64,000 nt of DNA from Candidatus Shapirobacteria bacterium (GTDB taxonomy: Bacteria > Patescibacteriota > Microgenomatia > UBA12405), in assembly GCA_041658955.1 (NCBI GenBank), contig JBAZZE010000001.1, positions 16,676 to 80,675 on the forward strand. The letters run 5' to 3'. Position numbers and translations under genes: made by a program. Positions 16,898 through 26,708 of the stretch are shown piece by piece. Each line of letters begins with the position of its first letter. Within the stretch, counting starts at the first letter, position 1. Under the pieces are notes generated by a model. It searched no databases. It was not told the origin of the DNA and worked only from the letters and a program-made list of their open reading frames with translations.

Positions 16898-18153
16898 TGG
16901 CTCCGCTTCATCTCGTTTTGTCAGGTTCCGGTCAGCAAAAGAAGTCCACTAGACTTGTCTACACCGTCGCTCTTATGGCCTTTTTTTGGACAATTTTTGA
17001 TTTAATAATTTCCTTTATCGCTCCCATTCTTATTACTGAAAGAGGATTTTCAAATTCTCAAATGGGAATGATTATTGCTTTTTCTTCTATCTCCGGAGCC
17101 TTTTTTGATTTTATTTTGGCGCGACTTCTGCGTTCGACCAATTATCTAAAAACATTTTTCCTAGTTCTAGTGATTTCCTTCATCTTACCTTTTGTTCTCT
17201 GGACTTCGCATCACATTTTTGTCTATCTCTTGGCCATGGCCATATGGGGTTTGTACTACGATCTCTATACCTTCGCCTCGTATGATTTTGTTAGTCGAAA
17301 CGCTCTAACCGAAGGTCAGCATGCCCGCGACTTTGGCATTATCGAACTATTCCGATCTCTTGGTGGGTTGGTAGCTCCAATTATTACCACCATACTCATT
17401 GTCGATAAAGTTTACTTCGGGCATATGATGTGGCCCTTACTATTTTTAATTATCGCTTTTGGTTTTTATCTTTTACTCTTAAGTTTTTCTCCACTCCATC
17501 ATTTTCATTCTTCTGATCATCGTCACAAATCGGTCAGCATTCTCACTGAGGTTTTTCGCTGGAACGCTCTTGGTAAAAAGCTTCTGCCAGTTTTAGCATT
17601 TATGATTTCTATTTATATTTTTGATGCTACCTTCTGGACCGTTGGCCCACTGTTCTCGGAAAGTTTCCCGGATTTTAAACATTTCAGCGGATTTCTGATG
17701 ATCCTTTACAGTCTGCCATCAATGCTCACTGCTTGGAAAATAGAACCACTTACTCGCCGTTTTGGTAAGAAGAAAACTGCCTATATTACCTTTCTTCTAG
17801 CCAACATTCTATTAATTCCAATTGGATTTCTAAGCTCTCCTATTTTGGTGCTATTTTTTGTTTTCCTATCTTCAGTTGCCACTTCAATTACCTGGCCCTC
17901 GATTGAAGCTGCTTTTGCCGATTACACTTCCGAAGCCGGCAAACTTCAAACAGAAGTTGAGGGGATTACCGATCTAACTAGTAATATTGGTTATATCATC
18001 GGTCCCATATTCGCTGGTTTCTTCTCCGAAAAAATTAGTATCAGCTGGTCATTTGGTGCTCTCGGTTTTATTAATGTCTTTATAATCATCCTTTTGCTTT
18101 TAGTCACCCCCAAACAAATAAAAATCGCTTCACTGGCCAACAAGTTCACCTAA
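16897..18153 (+). CDS. MFS-type transporter-like membrane protein
   Basis: Twelve hydrophobic segments arranged as two 6-TM halves. Confidence 0.45.
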   Translation: MAPLHLVLSGSGQQKKSTRLVYTVALMAFFWTIFDLIISFIAPILITERGFSNSQMGMIIAFSSISGAFFDFILARLLRSTNYLKTFFLVLVISFILPFVLWTSHHIFVYLLAMAIWGLYYDLYTFASYDFVSRNALTEGQHARDFGIIELFRSLGGLVAPIITTILIVDKVYFGHMMWPLLFLIIAFGFYLLLLSFSPLHHFHSSDHRHKSVSILTEVFRWNALGKKLLPVLAFMISIYIFDATFWTVGPLFSESFPDFKHFSGFLMILYSLPSMLTAWKIEPLTRRFGKKKTAYITFLLANILLIPIGFLSSPILVLFFVFLSSVATSITWPSIEAAFADYTSEAGKLQTEVEGITDLTSNIGYIIGPIFAGFFSEKISISWSFGALGFINVFIIILLLLVTPKQIKIASLANKFT

Positions 18154-18183
18154 ATCACGGCTTTCTTAGTCCCCAGTTCAAAG

Positions 18184-19983
18184 ATGTTAAACTACCCTAT
18201 GGAGTCGCAGGTTCAGGAAATTAAACAAAAGCTGGATATTGTCGAAGTTATTGGCAAATACATCACCGTCAAAAAACGGGGACGTCACTATTTGGCCAAC
18301 TGTCCCTTTCATGGAGAAAAAACTCCATCATTTACCATTTCCCCAGAACTCCAGATTTTCAAATGTTTCGGTTGTGGCAAAGCCGGTGATGTTTTTTCTT
18401 TTGTCCAAGAATACGAGCATGTCGATTTTCGTGAAGCTCTTGAGGATATGGCCAAGATTGCCGGAGTGGTTCTCAAAAAAGACCCTCATCTTACTCAAGT
18501 TGAAAAATTGCATCGCCGTCTGGTCGAACTAAATCAAGAAGCTGCTAAGTTTTATCACTACATTCTAACTACCCATCCTCTTGGTAAACCCGCTCTCGAC
18601 TATTTGATCAATCGTCACATAACTCTTGAAACTATCAAACTTTTTCGACTCGGTTATTCACCTTCAAACCCTGAATTAGTCTCAAATTATCTTCTCAAAA
18701 AAGGTTTTACCAAACAAGAAATGCTAAGAAGTGGTACCTATGGCACTTCTCGTTATGGCAATAGTACTTACGACCGATTTTTAGGGAGAGTTATTTTCCC
18801 CCAATCAGATTTTCGAGACCGAATTCTTGGCTTTTCCGGTCGGATACTCCCATCTGATAAGTCCCAAAATCAGGCTAAATATATCAATTCGCCTGAAACC
18901 GATATTTATCACAAGAGCCAACTTTTGTTTGGATTAAATCTTGCTCGTGAAGAAATCAAAAAAAAGAAAACTGTCATTATTGTCGAAGGGGAATTTGACA
19001 TGATTTCTCCTTATCAAGAGGGGATAAAAAATATCGTGGCTATCAAAGGTACTGCTTTTACCATTGATCAACTCCAATTACTTCATCGTTACACTGAAAC
19101 CCTAATCCTCGGGCTCGATGCTGACCTAGCTGGTACCAATGCGGCCCTAAAAAGTATTGAGCTCGCTGACTCCATGGGATTTGATATCCATGTTATTGAC
19201 CTACAATCTCGATTCAAAGACCCGGACGAAGCCATTTCTGCCGACCCCCAGTTTTTTAAGACACAACTTTCTACTCCAGTTCCAATCTGGGACTTTATCA
19301 TCAATTCAGCCCTAAAAGCTAATGATTCAACCACGCCCAAAGGTAAACAAGACATTCTTCGTCAAGTCCTGCCGATGTTAGCCAAGATCAGTAACCTAGT
19401 TACTCGATCCGATTATTTGGCAAAGTTGGCCTCAACCATTGGTTCTGCTACCGAGGCTGTCGAAGCCGAAGCAAAAAAATACCTTGTTTCCGGTAAAATA
19501 GCTACTTCAGTTATCGCTTCGTCTACAATTCCTGTTATCCCCAAAATGGATATTCTCGAAGAACATCTTCTTAGTTTGATTTTTTCCGCCAAAAAGCCCT
19601 ACCTTCTGGCAGCCAAAATTTCCGAGAATTTCACTTTTATCACCCCACGTTATCAAAAAGTATTTAGTTTTCTCCTTAAACCCCGCAAGAATTTTGTGGC
19701 TGCTAAGTTTGCCTCCCGTCTTCCTCCGGAATTATCCTCGGTTTTTCAAGATATTTTTCTTCACTCCACTCAGTTTGAATTTGACTCCCACGCCCGCCTT
19801 TTAGAGATCAATAAAACTATTAATCAGATCCTCTCGATCACCTATAAAGACCAGCTGACCACCTTGAGTACAAAAATAGCTCAAGCCGAAAATATGGGTG
19901 AAGAAGAAATTGTCAAAAAACTCGAACAGGATTATAATCATATACTCTCAGAATTATCATCCATTCAATCGACAAAAAGGTAG
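18184..19983 (+). CDS. dnaG: DNA primase
   Basis: CHC2 zinc finger [11 protein letters not shown] ... CFGCG; TOPRIM motifs [10 protein letters not shown] and LGLDADLAG. Confidence 0.9.
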   Translation: MLNYPMESQVQEIKQKLDIVEVIGKYITVKKRGRHYLANCPFHGEKTPSFTISPELQIFKCFGCGKAGDVFSFVQEYEHVDFREALEDMAKIAGVVLKKDPHLTQVEKLHRRLVELNQEAAKFYHYILTTHPLGKPALDYLINRHITLETIKLFRLGYSPSNPELVSNYLLKKGFTKQEMLRSGTYGTSRYGNSTYDRFLGRVIFPQSDFRDRILGFSGRILPSDKSQNQAKYINSPETDIYHKSQLLFGLNLAREEIKKKKTVIIVEGEFDMISPYQEGIKNIVAIKGTAFTIDQLQLLHRYTETLILGLDADLAGTNAALKSIELADSMGFDIHVIDLQSRFKDPDEAISADPQFFKTQLSTPVPIWDFIINSALKANDSTTPKGKQDILRQVLPMLAKISNLVTRSDYLAKLASTIGSATEAVEAEAKKYLVSGKIATSVIASSTIPVIPKMDILEEHLLSLIFSAKKPYLLAAKISENFTFITPRYQKVFSFLLKPRKNFVAAKFASRLPPELSSVFQDIFLHSTQFEFDSHARLLEINKTINQILSITYKDQLTTLSTKIAQAENMGEEEIVKKLEQDYNHILSELSSIQSTKR

Positions 19984-20017
19984 ATTTATCCCGTTCTTTC
20001 GTATACAATATAACCCA

Positions 20018-21103
20018 ATGCCAACTCCTCTAAACTTCCCTAAAATAAAACAGTCGTTAGTTGCCACCGCTAAAAAACTCCACTACCTTACCCAAGATGA
20101 AATACTGGCAGTCGTTGCCGAGCCAGAAAAATACGTCGATGAGATTGATAATCTGTTCGACTATTTATTCGACAAAGGTATAGATGTCTTCGATAAAGTC
20201 GAGTCCCAAGCCCTAGTCGATGTCAAAAAAGAGAAAGCCAACAATGCCGAATTATTGGCCATGCTCACTCAGAAAAACACCGTCGATTCTGTCCGCATGT
20301 ATCTTAAAGAGATCGGAAAGATTGATCTTTTAACCTTTGCCCAGGAAGTCGAATATGCCAAGGCCATCGAAAAAGGTTCTGATGAAGCCCGTGCCAATCT
20401 TATTAATGCTAACCTTCGTTTGGTCGTTTCCATTGCTAAAAAATATATTGGTCGTGGTCTCTCATTTTTAGATCTTGTCCAAGAGGGGAATCAGGGACTT
20501 ATGCGTGCTGTCGAAAAATTCGATTGGAAGCGCGGTTTCAAATTCAGTACCTATGCTACATGGTGGATTCGCCAAGCCATTACCCGTGCTATCGCCGATC
20601 AAGCCAAGACCATTCGTATTCCTGTCCACATGGTCGAGACCATCAATAAGGTTTACAAAGCTACTCGCGCCCTGACCCAACGTCTCGGCCATGAGCCATC
20701 CATCGAACAAATTGCCGATGAAGTCGGTATCACCATCGAAAAAGTCGAAGAAATTTATCGTATCTCTCAAGACACCACCTCACTGGCTACTCCAGTCGGT
20801 GACGATGAGGACTCATTTCTCGGTGATTTTATTGAAGACACCACTCAGCTCTCTCCTTATGAAGAGACTAGTATGGAGCTACTTCGCGAATCCATTGAAG
20901 AAGTTCTTGAAAGCCTCGACGAGCGCGAATCCAAAGTACTTTCCCTTCGTTTTGGTCTAATGGGTGAGACTCCTAAAACACTCGAAGAAGTCGGTAAGAT
21001 TTTTAATGTCACTCGTGAGCGCATTCGTCAAATCGAAGCTAAAGCATTGAGAAAACTCCGACACCCATCCCGTAGAAAGAAACTCCAAGACTACTTAGAA
21101 TAA
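20018..21103 (+). CDS. rpoD: RNA polymerase sigma-70 (primary sigma)
   Basis: Region 2 [37 protein letters not shown], region 3, and region 4 [28 protein letters not shown] placed the start at ATG 20018; the longer ORF from 19898 overlaps dnaG. Confidence 0.9.
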   Translation: MPTPLNFPKIKQSLVATAKKLHYLTQDEILAVVAEPEKYVDEIDNLFDYLFDKGIDVFDKVESQALVDVKKEKANNAELLAMLTQKNTVDSVRMYLKEIGKIDLLTFAQEVEYAKAIEKGSDEARANLINANLRLVVSIAKKYIGRGLSFLDLVQEGNQGLMRAVEKFDWKRGFKFSTYATWWIRQAITRAIADQAKTIRIPVHMVETINKVYKATRALTQRLGHEPSIEQIADEVGITIEKVEEIYRISQDTTSLATPVGDDEDSFLGDFIEDTTQLSPYEETSMELLRESIEEVLESLDERESKVLSLRFGLMGETPKTLEEVGKIFNVTRERIRQIEAKALRKLRHPSRRKKLQDYLE

Positions 21104-21155
21104 GCGACTGTCAATTTCTATCTTTTCAGACTTGTTTTAGTGTTAACATATCCCT

Positions 21156-21551
21156 ATGAGACAAGCTGTCACCGCCGTCATTCGCCAAGGCGATAAAATT
21201 TTACTTCATCAACGTAGTTTGGAGAGTCGTGGTCAGCCAGGTAAGTGGGAAAATGCCGGAGGTGAAATCGATGAAGGTGAGACTCCCGAAGTTGCTATTG
21301 TCCGTGAAATCAAGGAAGAACTTGGTGTCGACTTTACTATCGATAAACGAATTTACGAAGATGTTTTTAAAAGTGGTGAAGACGATTGGAAGGTAATAAT
21401 TTTTGGTGGCTCCATTGTTGGCACTCCAGAAGTTATGATCCCCGCTGAAACCATGGCTGTCAAATGGTTTGATCTTTCCGAATTAAAAGATGCTGATTTG
21501 GCCACCTATACTCGTGCCGATTTTGTAAAGTTTGGTTGGATAAAAGACTAG
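21156..21551 (+). CDS. Nudix hydrolase (MutT-like)
   Basis: Nudix box GGEIDEGETPEVAIVREIKEELGV. Confidence 0.7.
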   Translation: MRQAVTAVIRQGDKILLHQRSLESRGQPGKWENAGGEIDEGETPEVAIVREIKEELGVDFTIDKRIYEDVFKSGEDDWKVIIFGGSIVGTPEVMIPAETMAVKWFDLSELKDADLATYTRADFVKFGWIKD

Positions 21552-21570
21552 TCCTAAGCTACACTCTATT

Positions 21571-22797
21571 GTGTCCAAAAAAATATTTTTCTTTGGTCTT
21601 TTTCTTATTTCAGCAATTTATTTAATTCTTCGTCTTTGGGATCTATCCATTAAACTCGATTTTCGTGCTGATCAAGCCATTCATCTAAGTGAGGCCAAAA
21701 ATATGGTCGAGTCACGAACCATCCGACTTATTGGTCCCATGGTTACTTCACAATCTTTTGATGGACGCAATTTTTTTATCGGTGCCAACTATTATTATGT
21801 ATTAGCTCTCGCTGGTATACTCACGAATTGGGACCCGCTTTTAGTTACCGTATTTTTTATATTTATAGAACTTATATTTTATGTTGTTTTTGCATATTTT
21901 CTAAAGCAAAAATTCGGTACTTTTCTTTCTTTAATCTCTTTTTTCACTATCGCCGTTTCACCTTACTTTGTCGCCCATAGTCGCTTCTTTTGGAACCCTC
22001 ATCTACTTATACCACTGTCAATTATTGCCCTAATTAGCTTAGAAAAATATATTGATACTCGTAAATATAATTTTTTGGCGATGTCTGCATTTGCTTGGGG
22101 GTTCGCTTTCTCCGCTCATTACTCAGCTATTTTTTGGTTGCCAATTTTTATATTTTATTTAACTAAAAGTCGTCAACATTTTAATATAAAGTCACTATTG
22201 ATAATTGGCATTTCTTTTGTTGTTGGAGATCTTCCATTTTTTATCTTTGAACTTCGCCACAATTTTTACAATCTCAAAACATTTTTCTTGGTCTATTTTC
22301 ATCCCTCAGCCTCAACCGGTTTTACCTCACATTATCTAATCTTTCCCTTAATTATTTTTCTAATATATTTTTTACTCTCATTGTTCAAAAAATATAAATC
22401 AATCTTTGTAGGATTATTATTCTTGATCACCATTATTCAATTTTATATTTACCCACGTTACCCTTCTTTGGGTACTGTTCCTGGTTGGGACTATCCTACA
22501 CAATTAAAAATTACCGAATCAATTAGTCAAAACTGCCCACCAAACTTTAATGTCGCCGCTACCATGCAAGGGGATACTCGTTTTTATGATCTACGTTTTT
22601 TAGTAGAGAAAAATAATTGTCATCCCAACAGCGTCGAAAGTTATCCTACTTCCAAAACTTTATTTTTAGTTTCTTCTCACAATCGACTACCGGTTGATGA
22701 AACTGTATGGGAAGTCACTTCTATAAAACCTTTCACTGTCACCTCAACCACTCGTATAAATGATCTACTCGACCTTCACCGTATCGACCGGCTTTAA
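21571..22797 (+). CDS. Polytopic membrane protein, possibly ArnT/PMT-like (GT39/GT83) glycosyltransferase
   Basis: Aromatic-rich protein with 10 or more TM. Only the topology fits the family. Confidence 0.35.
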   Translation: MSKKIFFFGLFLISAIYLILRLWDLSIKLDFRADQAIHLSEAKNMVESRTIRLIGPMVTSQSFDGRNFFIGANYYYVLALAGILTNWDPLLVTVFFIFIELIFYVVFAYFLKQKFGTFLSLISFFTIAVSPYFVAHSRFFWNPHLLIPLSIIALISLEKYIDTRKYNFLAMSAFAWGFAFSAHYSAIFWLPIFIFYLTKSRQHFNIKSLLIIGISFVVGDLPFFIFELRHNFYNLKTFFLVYFHPSASTGFTSHYLIFPLIIFLIYFLLSLFKKYKSIFVGLLFLITIIQFYIYPRYPSLGTVPGWDYPTQLKITESISQNCPPNFNVAATMQGDTRFYDLRFLVEKNNCHPNSVESYPTSKTLFLVSSHNRLPVDETVWEVTSIKPFTVTSTTRINDLLDLHRIDRL

Positions 22798-23232
22798 CTC
22801 CACCTCCACCATCTGTCCATTTTCCAATCTTCTTTTATTATCAGTTTGTAAATAAGAAATCATTTCAATAGTAGTTAAGTGGCTAATAATCAGGATAGTA
22901 TCATCTGGTTTGTGATCAAATCGTAGGTCATCTAAAAATAGTTCAACTCGATCTTTTAGGTCCTCATAATTTTCAGATTTTTTCTTGTGGTTAACTAAGC
23001 TAGTCAAGTGGATTGGCATATCATCATCACGAACTCTCAAAATTTCATCCAATGTTTGAACACATCTTGGTTTTGGTGAGCAATAAATAGCATCAAATTT
23101 TTGATCCTTCAAATTCTCTGCCAGCTTTATAGCCTGGACAACTCCCACAGCAGTTAAGTTGTTTTCATCTCCAGCAACTTTATAACCCCGGTTATGAGCG
23201 GATTCTCCATGTCGGATTAGGATTAATTTCAT
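22765..23232 (-). CDS. Histidine phosphatase (phosphoglycerate mutase-like) family protein
   Basis: N-terminal LILIRHGESAHN (RHG motif). Confidence 0.7.
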   Translation of the reverse strand: MKLILIRHGESAHNRGYKVAGDENNLTAVGVVQAIKLAENLKDQKFDAIYCSPKPRCVQTLDEILRVRDDDMPIHLTSLVNHKKKSENYEDLKDRVELFLDDLRFDHKPDDTILIISHLTTIEMISYLQTDNKRRLENGQMVEVELKPVDTVKVE

Positions 23233-23247
23233 CGCCTATTTTACCAT

Positions 23248-23874
23248 TTAAATTTCTACACCTAACTTCTTAAGTTCTCCCATAAACTGGTCAAAATTTT
23301 CATAGACAAAAGTGTTTATCCCTAGTCCGTTTGCAGCTACCAATTTCTTTTCATCGTCGTCTGAAAATACGATTTCTTCTGGAAGCACCCCTGATTGATT
23401 AATTAGTTCTTGGTATATCATCGGCGAAGCTTTAGTGGCTCCGACTTCATAGGAGATGATCTTTACATCAAAATCATCCAAAAAACCAAATTTATCTTGC
23501 ATACCCTTGATTCTCGCTGGGAAATTATCAGTACAGATCATGGTTTTAAAACCTTTTTCTCTGAGCTCTCTGACAACCTTTACAACTTTATCATCAGTGC
23601 TACAGCCGTCAACGTAAATTTTCATAAACTCATCTGCTGTCATGTTTAGTCCCCACTTCTGCGCAGCCCAGTTCCAATATTCTGAATCACCCCACTTTCC
23701 GGTTTTATAAAACTCTTTCATTTCAGGAGAATCCAAAAAGACATACTTTGCCTGTTCTTCAGATATGCCCATTTCCACAATTTTCTTAATAAAATTAGCT
23801 TTACCGCTTACAAAATAAACACCTTCAAGGTCAAAAGTAATTGCTTTTATCATAGCTGATTCTAACATTATCAA
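23248..23874 (-). CDS. HAD-like hydrolase
   Basis: N-terminal ITFDLEGV (DxD/E-G-V motif I). Confidence 0.5.
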   Translation of the reverse strand: MIMLESAMIKAITFDLEGVYFVSGKANFIKKIVEMGISEEQAKYVFLDSPEMKEFYKTGKWGDSEYWNWAAQKWGLNMTADEFMKIYVDGCSTDDKVVKVVRELREKGFKTMICTDNFPARIKGMQDKFGFLDDFDVKIISYEVGATKASPMIYQELINQSGVLPEEIVFSDDDEKKLVAANGLGINTFVYENFDQFMGELKKLGVEI

Positions 23875-23877
23875 CTG

Positions 23878-24336
23878 TTACCCTTGTTCACTTATCATTT
23901 GCAAAGCACGTTGGATGTAGTTTTGTTGTCCAAAAGCCAGGTCCATATTTGCTGCCACTTCATTTTTCACCCAATGCCTATCCACGCTATGTCCGTGATC
24001 CATATCCAGAGCCTGCTGCGGATCTTCAACCAGCCCTATATACACTCCAATATTATTTTCAGTATCCACAAATCCTCGCCACAATTGAGCATCTATATGT
24101 CCAACACTGTGAGCTACTTCTCTAATTGCCGCTCGATCAGGTTTGTCAGGCATAGTGCTTAGAGGTCCTCTACCACTAATCATCGAGATTTCACGAACAC
24201 CATGTTCATTAGGATTCTTTTTCTTCTTTAAAAATACTTCGCCTTGTCGGTTAAATAGAACTACTACAATCGCTGAAAGTGGGCCTTTTTCAAAATCTGA
24301 TTGTGTGGGTGTTTCCGCGTGTCGAAATTCGATCAT
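23878..24336 (-). CDS. Hypothetical protein with a degenerate Nudix-like box
   Basis: The stretch ...DRAAIREVAHSVG resembles a partial REUxEExG. Confidence 0.3.
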   Translation of the reverse strand: MIEFRHAETPTQSDFEKGPLSAIVVVLFNRQGEVFLKKKKNPNEHGVREISMISGRGPLSTMPDKPDRAAIREVAHSVGHIDAQLWRGFVDTENNIGVYIGLVEDPQQALDMDHGHSVDRHWVKNEVAANMDLAFGQQNYIQRALQMISEQG

Positions 24337-24357
24337 TGTCCAAGTCTAGCATCTATA

Positions 24358-24624
24358 TTAGTGAATTTTTCGATCCCGTAAGACTATACCTGCTTCCATT
24401 TTGTTTCTTGCCTGGTCATAGGTTTCAAATTGATGGCTACTGCTATGTCGTAGTTCAATATGCATATTTATAGTGTTTACCAATACTATCTCATCAATTC
24501 TCGAATCTGCTCCATATTCTGCGGCTACCTCACGACATTCCGAACAGACTATTACTCTCTTTGTTGTACCTTCAATCTCTCTTATCTCTATCGTGGCACT
24601 AATTTTTGTACTATCTTCAGCCAT
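24358..24624 (-). CDS. Hypothetical small protein (CxxC)
   Basis: ORF only. Confidence 0.3.
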   Translation of the reverse strand: MAEDSTKISATIEIREIEGTTKRVIVCSECREVAAEYGADSRIDEIVLVNTINMHIELRHSSSHQFETYDQARNKMEAGIVLRDRKIH

Positions 24625-24726
24625 CGGGTATTATAGCCTGTATTTAGGCAACTATAAATATAAGCATAAATAATTAACTATACAGCTAAGCCTTGAAAAC
24701 TGTGGTTCGTTATTCTAACATTAGTC

Positions 24727-25413
24727 ATGGGTTACGCTGGAAAAATAGCCGAAAGAGAACTGGCAATTTCACTAAGAAAAAAAGGATATTCTTATAACCA
24801 AATTCAAAAATCTACTGGGTTGTCAAAAGATACTATATCTAGAACTTGTAGACAGGTTATTTTGACTAAAGATCAAATAAAAAATCTTGAAACACGAAGA
24901 ACTGCAGGTCAGATGTTGGCTTCAATTAAAGGTGCAAAGTCAAATCAGCTTAAGAAAGAGATCATACAAAAACAGTTATTAGAAGAAGGGGTCCGGCAGG
25001 TAGGTGAGTTAACTCGAAGGGATAAGTTCATATTTGGCATTTCACTTTATCTTGGTGAAGGCTCGAAAACAGGAAGCGCAGTTGAGTTTACTAATGCAGA
25101 CCCCATAGCTGTTAAGTTCATGCTCAATTGGTTCGTTGAATTCTGTGAAATACCTCAGGAAAGTATCAAGGCCAGTCTTTGGATTCATGACAACCTGAGC
25201 GAACCTGAAGCCAAAAAATATTGGTCAAATTTATTGGGCATCGAAATATCACAATTCGATAAGTCCTATATTGCAAAAAACAGGGTAGATAGTCGAAAAA
25301 TACGCAAAAATATTCACAAATATGGAATAATAAAGATTCGATACTATAGTGTAGCCAAATTACGCCTTATATTAGGTTGGATAAAGGGTGTACTTTCTAG
25401 TTACTCAGGATGA
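24727..25413 (+). CDS. HTH-domain protein with a LAGLIDADG-like segment (possible free-standing homing-endonuclease-like gene)
   Basis: N-terminal HTH (GYSYNQIQKSTGLSKDTISR). A central segment FIFGISLYLGEGSKTG resembles a single LAGLIDADG motif. The gene ends 40 bp upstream of the intron-containing tRNA. Confidence 0.35.
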   Translation: MGYAGKIAERELAISLRKKGYSYNQIQKSTGLSKDTISRTCRQVILTKDQIKNLETRRTAGQMLASIKGAKSNQLKKEIIQKQLLEEGVRQVGELTRRDKFIFGISLYLGEGSKTGSAVEFTNADPIAVKFMLNWFVEFCEIPQESIKASLWIHDNLSEPEAKKYWSNLLGIEISQFDKSYIAKNRVDSRKIRKNIHKYGIIKIRYYSVAKLRLILGWIKGVLSSYSG

Positions 25414-25452
25414 TATAATCATCAAGTCTTTCGCACATTCAACAATTTATCT

Positions 25453-25737
25453 TCCCCCTTAGCTCAGTGGTAGAGCGCTCGCCTGTTCCTATAGAGCAGC
25501 TTTCACGAGTAATCGTGATCGAAAATCGGGAGAATTGCGTGAAACCTAACCTGTCGCAAGACAATATGGCAACCCGCAGCCGAGCTCCAACTTTGGTTGG
25601 AGAAGGTTCAGAGACTAGGTGAGTACACCTTTAAGCACCCGAGTCCCATTTATGGGATATGATATAGTCCAAGCCTGTTAGAAATACAGGATTTACTTGT
25701 AAGCGATTGGTCCGAAGTTCGAATCTTCGAGGGGGAG
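25453..25737 (+). tRNA. tRNA gene interrupted by a 213-nt group I intron; exons give tRNA-Asn (GUU) on the most likely junctions
   Basis: 5' exon 25453-25486 (acceptor TCCCCCT, U8, A9, D-arm GCTC-AGTGGTA-GAGC, anticodon stem CTCGC, loop C-T-G-T). 3' exon 25700-25737 (T-A-A, GCGAT, variable TGGTC, T-arm CGAAG-TTCGAAT-CTTCG, acceptor AGGGGGA, discriminator G). The exon ends in U and the intron ends in G, as group I splicing requires. Confidence 0.7.
25487..25699 (+). ncRNA. Group I self-splicing intron (ORF-less) in the tRNA anticodon loop
   Basis: Conserved core elements are present: P AATTGCGTGAAA (25533-25544), Q AACCCGCAGC (25571-25580), R GTTCAGAGACTA (25606-25617, exact consensus), S GATATAGTCC (25661-25670). 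P1 pairing CUGU/GCAG with U.G at the 5' splice site; terminal G at 25699. Confidence 0.7.
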
Positions 25738-25842
25738 CATATTAAAAAAGTCCGTCAAAAAATGACGGATTTTTTAATATCTTCTTCCAAAAGTTCCAAT
25801 TCACTTTAGTGAGGGGAGTTTATCCACCGTGGCGGAAATCCT
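25735..25842 (+). repeat. Repeat copy A (tRNA 3' end plus about 100-bp trailer)
   Basis: GAGCATATTAAAAAAGTCCGTCAAAAAATGACGGATTTTTTAATATCTTCTTCCAAAAGTTCCAATTCACTTTAGTGAGGGGAGTT... This is near-identical to copies B and C. Confidence 0.8.
25744..25776. terminator. Bidirectional intrinsic terminator in the tRNA trailer
   Basis: AAAAAAG-TCCGTCA-AAAAAA-TGACGGA-TTTTTT: a 7-bp stem flanked by an A-run and a T-run. Confidence 0.5.
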
Positions 25843-25902
25843 CGAGGGGTGCTTAACAGAAAGATATGGTGCTAGAGTAAAAAACTAAGAACTAAAAAGA
25901 GG

Positions 25903-26052
25903 ATGTCTCAGCTGGAATTGGATCAAAAAGCCCAGCTAGATTTAACTACCATAAACGAAATTAAGAACGGTAATAGGGAGCCGATGCTAAGAATAATTTG
26001 GAGAATTTCCAACAATTTGGACATACCACTAAATAAGCTTTTTGAACTCTGA
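25903..26052 (+). CDS. XRE-family HTH regulator (49 aa; below the ORF-track size cutoff)
   Basis: MSQLELDQKAQLDLTTINEIKNGNREPMLRIIWRISNNLDIPLNKLFEL has the Cro/CI-type HTH pattern. It is the first gene after the repeat. Confidence 0.5.
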   Translation: MSQLELDQKAQLDLTTINEIKNGNREPMLRIIWRISNNLDIPLNKLFEL

Positions 26053-26129
26053 CTTCACAGAAAAGGATTTACTCTCACGTATTTTATACTATCCAGTATT
26101 GCTAGAGCTATAATCGGTTAGATATTAAC

Positions 26130-26708
26130 ATGAAAAAACAGGCAAAAAACTTAATACCAATAACTGAAGAAGATATTCAAGAATTTATTAGGCAAGCAGA
26201 GCTAATCTCTAAATGTAGCTATCTTAAAAACCCAGTTAAAAAGATAAACATCACCTATGACATGTCTAAAGGTCTAAATTTTGGCGGAGATATACCCCCA
26301 AGGGAGAGTGTTGACTCCTTTTTAATGATTTTAAGGCCTTTTATTGAATATAGAGAAAGACTTCATGTTGGACGCATAATTTCGTATCTTGAAGATACAC
26401 ACGGAAAGGCTGAAATGTTAAGTAAAGCGAGAACCTATCTTGATGCAAAAAGCCAGTTTCCTGTTGTTAAGATTGGAGAAAAGACTTATGGAGCAAATGA
26501 GATGATGTATTTGTACCTATATGGCAAATACTTCCATCTTGAAGAAGCTAAGCAGAAAGCATACCGATTAATAGAAGAAAATCTAGGCTACTACGGAGAA
26601 TTTACTGCCCTAAGCCAATTAGAGCGCTTTGCTGGAATAGTTTTAATGGTAGCGGGGGTTGTTAAAAGGTATGATAGAAATTTAAGTCAAAATGACAATT
26701 ATACATAA
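26130..26708 (+). CDS. Hypothetical protein (island 1 gene 1)
   Basis: ORF with no motif I recognise. It sits in a tightly packed same-strand operon. Confidence 0.4.
   Translation: MKKQAKNLIPITEEDIQEFIRQAELISKCSYLKNPVKKINITYDMSKGLNFGGDIPPRESVDSFLMILRPFIEYRERLHVGRIISYLEDTHGKAEMLSKARTYLDAKSQFPVVKIGEKTYGANEMMYLYLYGKYFHLEEAKQKAYRLIEENLGYYGEFTALSQLERFAGIVLMVAGVVKRYDRNLSQNDNYT

Noticed and set aside
19898-20017. Extended N-terminus of rpoD overlapping dnaG by 86 nt
   Set aside because: The Lys/Ile-rich extension is out of character. ATG 20018 is downstream of the dnaG stop and gives a normal sigma-70 N-terminus.
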